Source: Kudoa neothunni
Lineage: Eukaryota > Animalia > Cnidaria
NCBI GenBank assembly: GCA_964304625.1
Contig: OZ199838.1
Span: 1,024,809 to 1,088,808 of the forward strand
DNA length: 64,000 nt
Reading direction: 5' to 3'
Shown here piece by piece: positions 40,631 through 52,596 of the stretch. The notes below the pieces were generated by a model. That model had not been told where the DNA came from and made no database searches. It was given only the letters and a program-made list of their open reading frames with translations. Made by a program: the position numbers and the translations under genes. Position 1 is the stretch's first letter. Each line of letters opens with the position of its first letter.

Positions 40631-42025
40631 TTAAAAATATTTTGTATCAACTTCTACAAAAGTAATATTTAATAAATTATAGCGATTTTATGTAATAATT
40701 TAGATTTAATTTATTTTACCTATTTATCTAGAATATTTATGATAAAATAGATTTCAATAATTAATCCTTAAAGGACAACATTCAACCACTCTTGTTAAGT
40801 CAAATCAGGGGCTTTCAAGGACCATGTTGACCCGTTTATCGTATCGAGGGTTAACGAATGATCTAACAAGTTTCACTATGCCATTTAACAGGTGGTAACA
40901 GGGATATTTTAAATATACATTTTGAATTGTTTGTACTACAATATTTTGTGAATATTAATACAGTCTATCATTTGATTTTAGTCTTCATCGTAAATATTTA
41001 TGATGAATACGGTACAATATTGTTTGTTCCTTCTTTCACATCAACTTAAGGAGAATCTGATGTTTCCTACTTTATTATTTTGATTTTACGAGTTAAATAA
41101 ACGTTGTTTCTGGATTTGTGGAAAAAAAAATTGGAATGCTCTTTCTATAACTGGTTGAATAAATATTTTTGGATTTATTAATTGATTTCCTTGCCCATGG
41201 TCAATTTGTAAGAGCGCGGCTGATATCAAAAATTGCAACCTTATTCTTAATTTTTTCATTTTAAATAGCATGAGTTTTCGATAGAATATGGTCGGCGAGT
41301 TATACACAGCCATAAAGTGGATTTTTAAAGGCTATATGTTAGGTCATGGTGGATTAATTATAAGCATAATCCACATTAATCTATTAACGCTTATCTAAAA
41401 AAGTTTAATACTGGCTTAAATAAAAAATACTTAATCTATTTCGATACATCCATCGACTGAAAATATATTTCAAAAAAGATAAACTGAAATTAAATAAACT
41501 ATAACAAGTTTTATAATAAAATAGTGACATGGTGGGTTCGTGGATTCCATTGATATATTTTAATGATTAAAATAATCAATTAAAAATTCTTATATTAACA
41601 TTTGGTTCCTTTTCATTTTTAAAATTTATCGCTTAATATTTTTGACTCTTCAATTCAAATGTTTTTTAAAATTCAACAGCGATTTACCGATTTCATGATA
41701 AATTATCTAATAATAAAAATATGAGGAAAACAAAGAAATATTGGAAATCCTTCATAATTTCCTGCTTAAATTAACATAGGGGGAAAATTCGACGTATCAT
41801 TTTAATACATTTTAATTCCAAAATATTATTTAATTCATGAAAATCCATCACGCAATATAATAAGGTTTTCACAAAACTAAGTGAATAAAATTCGACATAT
41901 AAATTGAATAAAATATAAAGTTACTCATCTATAAACTTGTCATTCTTGTATGGTATCTGTTATGTTTAATTTTTGTTTGATTTCATCCCTATATTAACAT
42001 TTTTAGTTTGATTTTATCATTAATA

Positions 42026-43678
42026 TTATTTATACCAACATATCAAAAACCAGGCTTTACATTTCTTAGTATTCTCTTGAGAATCTGCAGTTGATGCAAC
42101 AGGATTCAAAACAGAACCAGTAGATTCAGAGCTATTTTCATCAGGCGTTTCAACGTGACCGGTTGAAACACCATCACCAATCGTATTAGTGTTTCTTCCT
42201 CCGTCAATAACCTGAGGGCCTGGATTCTGATCGGCCAACGCATCGCCGACTTGTCTGGTCTGATGATTGGATGGATCAACAGTGCTATCAGCGGCGGTAG
42301 CAATCACAGTAACAGTCAAGGGAGTTTTACAAATAGCATCACATGCACTTTGGTCTTTAAAGTTATTCAAGTTCATTTCTCTTCCGTTTGACATGAATCT
42401 CTGACAAGTCCTTTCACCTTGTCCAGAAGTTCCATAATAAAATCGTTCTATCTGGTATACATCATTTTCAGCAGCGTCTCCAACCTTTGGTTGATTACAC
42501 GCATCAACAGCTTTAAGTTCACCAACGTGAGCAGCTATTTTTTTAATTTTCATATCGTAAATAAAAATTAACATTTTCGTTATAATGAAATACTGGCAGG
42601 GCAATAACTTGCGCATAGTTCCACTGAGCTAAATATATTATTCTCCCCATCGTCGATTTTGACAGTTTCACCAGGGGCTAACGTCAAAAAAGGTAGGCAT
42701 GCTTTTCTTGTTTTGTTAAAATAGTAATATTCTTCTAAATCAGCATTATTAATATTAGTATTTGGAGATGGAGGTGGAGGTGGAGTTTGGTAAGGACCGG
42801 TTGCATTGCAAGCGGCGACGTAGTCAGCTACATGTGATTACATACGAATTCCTAACTCAATGAATACTTATGCAGATATCTGCGCAGGTTGGTAAATCAT
42901 CAAAATAACCCCTTTTGGCCTCCATACCTACAGCGGCGTAAACACATTTCTTTTTGTCTTTATGGAGGATAATTCCCATTTTTGGTGTTGCGTTATCCAC
43001 TTCTGCTGCGAAAAGACAATCAAACTCATTAGGGACTTTTGTCAGTTTGTATTCACCATCTTGAACATCGACCTTACTGTTTACTTTATCTAAAATAATT
43101 TTCTCAAAATTCTTTCACAAATTATATATGCTTACTTTGACAGGCGTTTTTACATTCAGTTTCAGTTTCAAAATTATTGGCGTTCCCACCACATCCACTG
43201 TATTTGAATTTGTAGCAAGAGTATTTAGCACCACCGTTGACAGAAGATTTTGAGTAATACCATCTGACCGATTTATTTTCCTCTGGTAAATTACATGAAC
43301 CCTTTGATACACTTAGTTCACAAGAATTTGATTTCTCTTCAGGTGTGAATTTAACTAATAAAATCATTAAATTGAGTAAATAAATAATCGATTACGATGA
43401 TTCTCACAAACAGCCTTTGATACAAAATTATTAAAATTTCCAAGAGATCCCAAATATTTGAATGGTTTGCATTTGGCGGTATTAACGTCTACATACCATC
43501 TATCAACTACAGCTGCATCTTGCTGCTCATTAGTCATCCAAGAAGGAGGAGCACCAGCATCCAATACATAAGAATCCAAAGCTCGTTCTATTATTAAATA
43601 ATTATATTTATTGTAAATATCAAGATAACCGAGTGAAATAGTTGTTACAAACGACGAAAATATCCACAGAATAATCAT
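42026..43678 (-). CDS. Secreted penta-Kunitz protein, copy 6 (474 aa as spliced by hand)
   Basis: Exons 43678-43630, 43587-43396, 43354-43136, 43089-42868, 42827-42594 and 42534-42026. Introns of 42, 41, 46, 40 and 59 nt, all GT-AG and phase 1. The 1425-nt frame is open. Module 2 is CELSVSKGSCNLPEENKSVRWYY...CYKFKYSGCGGNANNFETETECKNAC. Ends CKAWFLICWYK*. Confidence 0.93.
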
Positions 43679-44951
43679 TGTTTGGAAAATAAATACTTAA
43701 TTTAAATCAGGTTCGTATTTTCACGAAGTAATATAATACATTTAAGAATAATTTGTACCAATTGATACATAAATGAACAGTATTAAATTGATTAATACTA
43801 TTATCTTATTTATAGATTATTTTTGGTTTTGCTATAAAACAATCGTCCTAATGCACAATCAAACCAATATTAAACCAAAAATATTTATAAATTAAATTTA
43901 AATTATAATTATTTTTTATGGTGAAATAACTAATTTTATAAATGTATATCGGATATTTTAGGTACTCTAATATACAATTGAGATAATTATCAATTACTCA
44001 TCATCGTTATTAACCAAGGTACATAGAAGAGGTTAGAATGTTTACAAATAACCTAAAATTTTTTCTTCTTTTTTATTTATTTTAAAATGTTTTATTTTAT
44101 ACATTGCTATATAAAATTGTAACTACCTAGAACGTTAAGTAATTTCCCTTAATATATCCGAATTCAACATTCTGAGGTCGCAATTTTATACTTCCAACAG
44201 CCTTATCAGAGAATAATTATTTCGTTTAAAATCAAAAATTCACTATATATATATAAAATATTTTAATAAATTATTGTTCATTATTATAATAAATTATTAA
44301 CAAAAATTAATTTTATTTTGTAGATTATTTACTTATTCCATGACAAAATAAATTAATATATCCAGGATAATTCGAATTTTAATTAAATCTACTAACGATG
44401 TTGGAAGAATACGAATTTAAATTAAAATCTTCAAAATCTTGTATATTAAAAAATTAAGATTAAGTAATATAGAAATTTAATTCTCTAAAAGTATTCAAAT
44501 CAAAATAATGATTATATATATTTTAAGCTCTTATTCTAGATAATATGATAATTTATATGTAAATTATTTAAATCTAAATTACATATGAACAATATACTAA
44601 TTAGTAGAATATATTTTACCAAATTGAATAAACATTCAAACATTAAACGATGAAAATAAATTCAAAAAATAATCCAAAGTATTAAATACAAATTAAACAT
44701 ACATTTATCCGTATTAAAAAAAAATTAAATATTGAATGTCCAATTATATTAAAAATAAATTTCGAAAATTACACTTTAAATATTACGTCCTAGAAAATAA
44801 ATATGATAAAATTAAATTTTTAATGAACTAAGCTTTCAAAAATAAACTTAAATAGATAATATAATAAAATATAGTAGTAACCCTGACATTTCACACGCAG
44901 ACACAAAATATATTTTATAATAAACAATAATATAATAATACATTCAAAACA

Positions 44952-47900
44952 TTAAGTTAGATAAAGACTGGGTGTGAAAATGATATCTTTGTGAATGGAC
45001 TCTCTCGTTTTCTTGATGAGTTCATTAAGTTCGGGGTTGCCAGCGTACAAAGACGCAAGTTCCATTTCTGAGCAGATCTCGTCTAACCGTAGAATATGTC
45101 TTACAAGATTTCCTTCTGCAATTTTATACTTTGTGACCACATCGCAAAACGACGTTCCACTAGACCAGTGGAATATCGGTATGATTAGATCAGGATAAAT
45201 AAATCTTTTATTGAATTCTAATCCATATTTCTGCTCAACAAGTGAGATCTTTTCGTTCAACACCAGAACCATGTTCCAAATCTTTATTAATTAAAAAAAA
45301 TAAATAAATTGAAAGTTATAGTAGAGAAAATTTACTTTTTCAAGATCTGGGCTAAATTTCGGTATAGGTTTCTGTTTGAAGGAGGAGTTCTAAAGAAAAT
45401 AAGTTTTTTTAAATAAAAATAAATAAACCTCTTGCAAAAAACAAGATAAAGCCGCCGCAACGTAGGCGGGTTGCAAACTACTCAATTCCATACTGAGTAG
45501 TAGTTCGGTGAGAACAATCTCGTAATTATTGCGAAACTTGTTCGACAATCTTCCTTTAAGGAGGAGATTTTTCTGAGTGTCAATAAATCCCAATTCACAA
45601 AGTATATTTATTCGTGAATTGTATTCGGGTAACAATTGTAAGCTTTCATCCGACAACTTGAATTTAATATCATCAATTTCGCGTTTCTTTTTATCCACGG
45701 AAATGTAAATTTTGTACTAAATACATCAAAAAATAATATATTATTTTCTAATGAATTAATGCGTACATGTTCATGAAAATTATGACAAGAGATGCAACTG
45801 AACATTTCGTTAGTGGTTCTATTGTCCCACAGGGACATTAACAATTCCATAAAGTGAGTAATCATGTAGGGATCATCAAAATGGTTGACATATTTGTTAA
45901 GGTCATAAGGATTTAAGTGGTTACACAAAGAATCATTATTAATATCAATTGCAAGTTTGGTCAATTTAGTCACCACTTCTTTAATAACAGTAGACTTGGC
46001 ATGTCTACATGTCACCATTAAAAGTAATTTATGACTAACCGTAAAAAATTACGCAGTTTCCTTGTTGTTGACAATATAAGGATCTCTAGTGATTTTCTTC
46101 CAATTGACTTTTACAATCTCATCGCAAACCATGCAAATATTGGAATAATGTACTTTGAGATAGTAGACTCGAGAACGGCCTTCTATCACACTGCAATTTA
46201 ACTTCAAATAAGGGAATAGTAGATTATTGTTGATCGGAGCGATAAGGGTTTTTGAAAGATGAGTATGTTTGTGTATATGAGAATCTCCAACAAACACCAA
46301 CATTGGTATGGATCTACCTTTGGAATTGTTGTTGAGAAATTTGGCATTTTCATACTCTTCACTGACTATAGCAAGAGAGAATTGAGTTGGAAAGAGTTTA
46401 ATCAAGCATAGTCGGCCCGTTTTTAGGATTTCCTTTGTTGTGATTGGAGTGCATAACATGGTAGCTAAAGCATCATTTTGGAATTTTAGTAATTCTTGTG
46501 AAAAGTCGTAAAAGTTATTCAAATGTTGTCCACACAACGAGCAAGTGGATACATCACTTTGTAGAGACAGAATTTCGTTTTCAAGCAGCATAACTCTATC
46601 CAACAAGCCGCTAGTGCTATCATCCTTGGATTCACCTCCAAACTCTGAGAAACTGGATCTCATAAGGTCTTCAACTTTGACAATGCTGCCCGATTTTTTG
46701 CTCAACATACGCAAAATGAGTCCGTAAGTGAGGCAGAACTTTGATTTAACCACAAACGGTTCACCATTGATAATATTTTCGATGGAGTCAAGTTCATCTT
46801 TATCCGACGAAACCACAATAACTGTACCAAATTTATCTTTACCCCTTCGACCAGCTCTTCCGGCCATTTGAATGTATTCCGAGGAGTAGATATCTCTCCA
46901 GCCGGTGTCACTGGGTTTGTTGAGTGATAAAAACACCACTGTTCTGGCGGGAACATTTACTCCAATGGAGAAAGTTTCAGTAGCAAATAAAACCTATCAA
47001 TCAATCTTAATTAAACTACATATCACACTTAGAATTTCGAATAATCAAAAAATTCACAAACAAATGCAACTACTATTCGTATAAGTAAATACTTTGACTA
47101 ATGATCTCTGAAACAAAATCTCCACAATCTCTCTTAGAATGGGAAGAATTCCACTATGATGGATGGCTATTCCTCGTTCTAAGCAACGTTTCACATCAAT
47201 AATCTGAGGCAGATCAAGATTTTCATTAGACAGTCTATTAATGCTGCTATTAAAAAAACTGGTGATTTGACTTTTTTCAGTTTTTGTAGTCAAATCTTGA
47301 GAAGAGGCCAACTTGGCAAAGTACATACAAGCATCTTTTGAAAAAAGAAAGAAAATGGCGGGAATATTATCATTCTTTACCAAATATTCCATCAAACACT
47401 TGACACCTTCACATTTCTACACCGCCACATCTTACAATAACACCAAATTAAAGACTACAGAAAAATACATTCGGTGTGATATTTTTGAATTTCAATGGAG
47501 TGGAATTTTTAGAATGGTGGGACTTGTTGGATTTACTCCTAAGTGAGTCAATCGCTTTACATATTCCTTCCTTTTTGAATTTTCCCGCCTCATCACTTAT
47601 TTTATAAAGATTATCCAATTGGCTTCGATTAGTTGCAGTGTAAACATAGTGTTCGAGTGGAACTGGACGTTTAGTGGTCATAATAACATGAATAACTTGT
47701 TGACGAGTCGAACTAATTTACAAAACTATTAGATATTTTTGGTATACTCAATAATTTTACCCAATCCAATTAGCAAACTCATAACAATTAGGAAAAGTAG
47801 CGGATAGTAGGACCAATTTAATTTCCCTGGGCAACATAATCAAGAGTTCTTCCCAAACAACACCTCTCTAATTGATGAATACTTATTAATCCCGATTATA

Positions 47901-49589
47901 CTAATTCAAAGTACTTGTTCATCATTGATATAATGAACTTCATCAAAAACCACCCACTCAATATCGGTTAAAGAAGCCGAACCTCCATGATAAAGCATAG
48001 CTCTTATTTGTTAGAAATAGTAATATTAACAAGCGCTTAACTAAAAACCTTAAAATTTCTGTGGTCATAATAACACAAGAGGCATTAGGATTGAGTTGGA
48101 TATCACCAGTGATGATTCCCACACTGTCAAACGACTTTTTAAAGTCCTTGTATTTTTGATTGGACAAAGCTTTGATGGGTGATGTGTAAATAGTTCTTAT
48201 CAACGACAAAATACATCAATAGTGAAAATTTTAATAACTCACTTCATTCCATGTTTAATGCTCATAGCAATCGCATATTCTGCCACAACAGTTTTGCCGG
48301 CAGACGTGTGAGCGGAAACAAGAACATTTTGTTGTTGTTCCAAAAGTAGAATAGCCTCCTTTTGGAAGGGGTCCAACTCAAAAGAGTACTAACCATCAAT
48401 TTAGTTTCTAATAAACATATTGTGATAAAGAACAACAACTTTGAAAGCCATATTATTTCGCAAAGCTTCAAACTGAGGAATATCATCCCTAAATTTCACC
48501 TCTCGCACAAAGGGAGCTCGTCGAGACTTTTTATTAGAGTGATTTTTCTGTTTCATTAGTTTTGTTAAATTTTCTTCGGTTGCAGTAGTTGGCCGTTGAC
48601 TCAAACAATTATCAACAAACTTGGTTAATTAGAATTTAGAGCTAATCATAAAATTAAACAATATCACTTCTGAGTGAGACATTATTGAATCGATTGGATC
48701 AATAATATCGTTTTCAGTTATATGCATATTTGTGGAATGATCTGGACCATCCAACACTTGGTCAGTAGATGAAAACACTCTCTCGGTGAGTTCTTTCGAT
48801 TTGCAATCCATTATCTCGAAAAATTCTATAACAAACATTAGTAATTATAAATTTGATAAAAATTTAATATACTAGAATAAGTGATATTGGTATTTCTGTT
48901 GGGAGTCGGAGTAATAGCTGGCAAATTAGAGCTATCTTGGGCTCGCTCGATCATTTTACTCAACATTACACTATCAGACAAAACAAAAGGTTTGTCAAAT
49001 ATTGGATCAGGTTTCCTCACCTACGGCAAATAATTTTAAATTAACCATTAAAAATTACTGATTCCAACAATTCGCCGTTTCTATTTGAGCGTGACCTCTC
49101 AATAGAATACTTCCGATCAAAAACATCCAATGTAAACAGATTTTTCGCATTCACATTCTCATCTATTGGTCTTTTGTTCGACAATAACGAATAAACGATC
49201 AATTATTATATTACTATTTATCAAATTTACCTTAGTAATGATTGTAAACGCAAAATAGGTAGCCAGTCTATGCGATCGAGCAAAAAATTCTCAATCAGTT
49301 CTTCAGCGGATTTGTTGGTTGGAATTTCGCCGAATAAATACTAATAAAATTGATTTTAGCAAGTTATTTATTTAAACTGGATACTTCTCTCGGTGGCAGA
49401 TGAAGTGTTGGGTCAGGCCTTTTTAGAAACAACTCATTACTTTGAGAACTGTAGTGAATCGTAAACTGCATTGATTGATCATTTTTTTCTGAAAATATAA
49501 AACATTATTATCTTATGTTATCGATAATGATAACTACGCTTATTTTTGTTATTCATTTTAGATTTAGATTCTTCGTTAAGCGATTCCAT
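44952..49589 (-). CDS. SKI2: Ski2-like DExH RNA helicase (cytoplasmic exosome cofactor), multi-exon
   Basis: Motifs [72 protein letters not shown] and [20 protein letters not shown]-terminus EGNLVR...[10 protein letters not shown]. Many short GT-AG introns. The start at 49589 is inferred via a phase-1 intron and is less certain. Confidence 0.93.
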
Positions 49590-49702
49590 CGGAAAAACCA
49601 AGCTCTATTTGACTCAGTTTATAAAAGAAATGCGTGCGCTTTATAAATTTTTTATATAATTTTTGTTAAAAAAAACTCAAATAAAACAACACAAAAGATA
49701 AA

Positions 49703-50179
49703 TCATTTATAAATAAAATTATATATATCATCAGCCATATTCAAGCCTGTATCATAGCTTAACCTTTTATTCCTATAAGGCTTTTCTGAAGGTTTCAATT
49801 GGGTCACAAAATAACAATAATCTTTCACTAAATAATAAGATATTTAATATTTGATTAGAGAAATTATATTATTCTCACATATAGGATCATACATCCATTT
49901 GGATGTTGGAAGTAATTGTTTGGTTTTATTATCACGAGCATGAGTCACATTGTAAGTGTAACCTGTCTCAGCTGTACTGTGTATGTGTGCCGAAACAAAT
50001 CTAATATTATTTGAGGTGTAATTTTAGATACGAATTTAAAATTAGTGTAAGTCACTTGAATGTCCTTTTTTCTAAAAAATACGACATTAAACGATTTGAA
50101 GCAAATATTTGAAACAACTTTTCTTTGGAATATAAACTGGGGGAATTTTTTTAAGAAACAACACTCTCGTAAGAAACAT
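49703..50179 (-). CDS. MRPL33: Mitochondrial ribosomal protein bL33m (4 small exons, absent from the ORF track)
   Basis: Manual splicing gives MFLTRVLFLKKIPPVYIPKKKKRTFKFVSAHIHSTAETGYTYNVTHARDNKTKQLLPTSKWMYDPILKDYCYFVTQLK...IYK*. It has the L33 hallmarks S-T-A-x-T-G-Y-x-Y and YDP-x5-YF and a metazoan-style MFLT N-terminus. Three GT-AG introns. Confidence 0.8.
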
Positions 50180-50189
50180 GGTTAAACCT

Positions 50190-50201
50190 TGCGCCTGCGC
50201 A
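50190..50201. promoter_or_regulatory. NRF-1-like element TGCGCCTGCGCA just upstream of MRPL33
   Basis: GC-rich near-palindrome matching the NRF-1 type consensus, in very AT-rich DNA about 10 nt from the ATG. Confidence 0.5.
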
Positions 50202-52596
50202 TTTTTGTGGGAGATATTTTATACAGTAGATAATCTATTTTTCGTACTTTTAATTTTTTTTCTCTTATGCATAATTATTGGAGTGAAAATTATTTCTTTA
50301 AATTAAGAAAGATTATTTTATACAACTAAAAATAAAAGTTACAAGAAAAATTAATTTATAAAGAGTTTTTTTTAATAAGGAAAATTAATTTAATGTAACT
50401 TTTCGGCTCCAACCATAATTTTAAAAATACTTTATTCCAATTAGTTACACCCATGATAATATTGTAAATAATATAGACATAAAGTAAAGTTTATTATTTT
50501 TCTATTGTTTAAAAATTGGCGAATTTTTGCCAATAAATCTTTTACATTTTGCCATTTTGGATCTCGTAGTGATTTCCGCTGTGAAAACTCCAGAAACAGT
50601 AATGTTTAATTGATCTCTGTGTGTAAGTTAAGTTTGGATTCGTTCAGAAGAAACATTCTGAAAAAAAGAGTGATATAATAATTTTTATAACATAGTTTAT
50701 AAATTATAATTGATTATTTTCATTTGAGTTATGAAAACAGATTTATTATAAGCTATTAAATGTGTAAATAATAATTAATTACTTTTAGGAGATTTTTTGG
50801 ATATTGGTCGCGCCTTCATTTAATAATGGTCAATTTTTTTGGGTGACCATTTATGCACTCAAAACTATTATCACAATTAGTAGAACGAATTTATTGTTGT
50901 TGCTATAAGGTCTTATACTTATATGTTTGCATAATTTATATAAAACTATACTATTCAATCAATAAAACTATGACAAATTATTTTAATATGTACAACTTTT
51001 CTTAAGCAACCTTTGATATGCCTCTGGAATCCAATTCACATCTAGAAAAGAGATCTACAATGATTTAGGGGTAAATTTTATACGTCCATTGATCTATCAT
51101 CACAAAACTTACCATTTTTAACAACAATAAAAATTCAGTCAGTATTTTAATTAAAACCAGGAGTGCACATACGCACAAACACACAAACGTCCGTCTTCAG
51201 TGAGCTTTTATGTGACTCGCGATGAACCCTTATTAGGTAAAGATTAATGATATTTTTTATATGAAATAAAAAAAAAAGAATTCGATTATTTAACTTTAAT
51301 TGGTTTATCTAGTTATTGAATATATCGAGAACACCTAATGAAATTACATAAAAAAATTCTCTAAATTGGAAAATAGACTTATTGCTATTTTTTAATATGA
51401 CGTGAAATAGAAAAAACGTTTTATAATGAAATTCGTGTACCAATTTTAATTGTTTCTTATTGAGTGTGTATGAAGTAGAAGAATATTATACAGACAATGG
51501 GCGGATTTATGCTTTAATAATTCGCTTGGCAATGCTAAGATGACCTGAAGTTTATGTTCGGTTAAAATAAGGTTGATAATTAAATCACGCCTTATAAATG
51601 ATGTGACATAATCGTTTATAAAATGATATAAATCAAAGTTTTCTAAAATGTTTCTGTTAGAAAAATAATTAGCGCGTAAAATAAATTTTGACACAAAGGT
51701 TAAACATCCGTTAGAGCTGATAATATGCACAAATTAATGGGCGATTTAAACTGTACTTCACATATGGTCATACAACCATTTTGCTCAACCAGTGTTTACC
51801 TCAAATTTATTTCTGTTTATTTTTATTTTAATTCCAAATTAAATTGACTGAAATTCGAAAAATATTTTATGATGAGAAATGAAAATTGAATGACGCCTGA
51901 ACAGGAAACATAATGTTTTATTCAACAGGGTATAAATATCTGTTTACTATGTCAATCGGTATTCAATTTAAAACATTCATTAAACTTATTATTTATGAAT
52001 TATTTTGAATCATGTGTTTCAAAATTTGTAAATTTATCCAAAGTGAGAGCTATAACTATACTTTTAAACTTTCTGGCCCTGGAAGTTTTCCAAGATTAAA
52101 ATTTGGCCTGAGGCTATAAAGACTTGTTCACCACTGATCTATGATCTATTCGAACAAGTTAACCTGCATATTCCATAAAATAGTGGATACCTTAATATTG
52201 TTAAATATATTTAACAGTTATTTTTCTTTTTAATTTAAAATAATTATCTGGTTTATATTTTAATAGTCATTTAATGTATTAAAATAATATTTCCTCTTTT
52301 TGTTTTTATAATTTTTATCTAACGATTAATCCATTTAAAATGTGATTATTTTTTCGTATTAATGAACCCGATTATCGGAAATTAAAAACTATATGATATA
52401 AAATTTAACTTTTTTACCGTAAACAAATTAAAATTATAAATTTACACGTCCGTTTTAGAAATAATACGTCGCATCCGTATATTAATAAGTTTGAAGTATT
52501 TCTAATATTTTTATGCAATAAAACACATTTGAAAATAACAAAAATAAATGATTGCTAATCTATAGATAATTTTATTCGACTAAAGTATAACTAAAA

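Larger units (their letters stand above)
3065..43950. repeat. Tandem segmental duplication: six units, basic unit ~5.6-5.75 kb (gene plus spacer)
   Basis: ATG-to-ATG offsets are 5749 (copy 1-2), 5592 (2-3), 10612 (3-4), 11426 (4-5) and 5623 (5-6). Spacer ORFs recur (12093/39714, 12478/30111, 7672/41086). The two long intervals contain TE insertions. Confidence 0.95.

Noticed and set aside
3065-43678. Frame changes and in-frame stops within the Kunitz genes as programmed frameshifting or an alternative genetic code
   Set aside because: Canonical GT-AG introns explain them. TAA, TAG and TGA act as normal stops in SKI2, the orphan gene, MRPL33 and NOP2. The copy 1 shifts are better explained as homopolymer errors.
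51158-52136. Possible hAT MITE (CAGGAGTGCACA ... TGTTCACCACTG) and the 94-aa ORF at 51446-51730
   Set aside because: The TIR match is weak, there is no matching 8-bp TSD, and the ORF has no recognisable motif.
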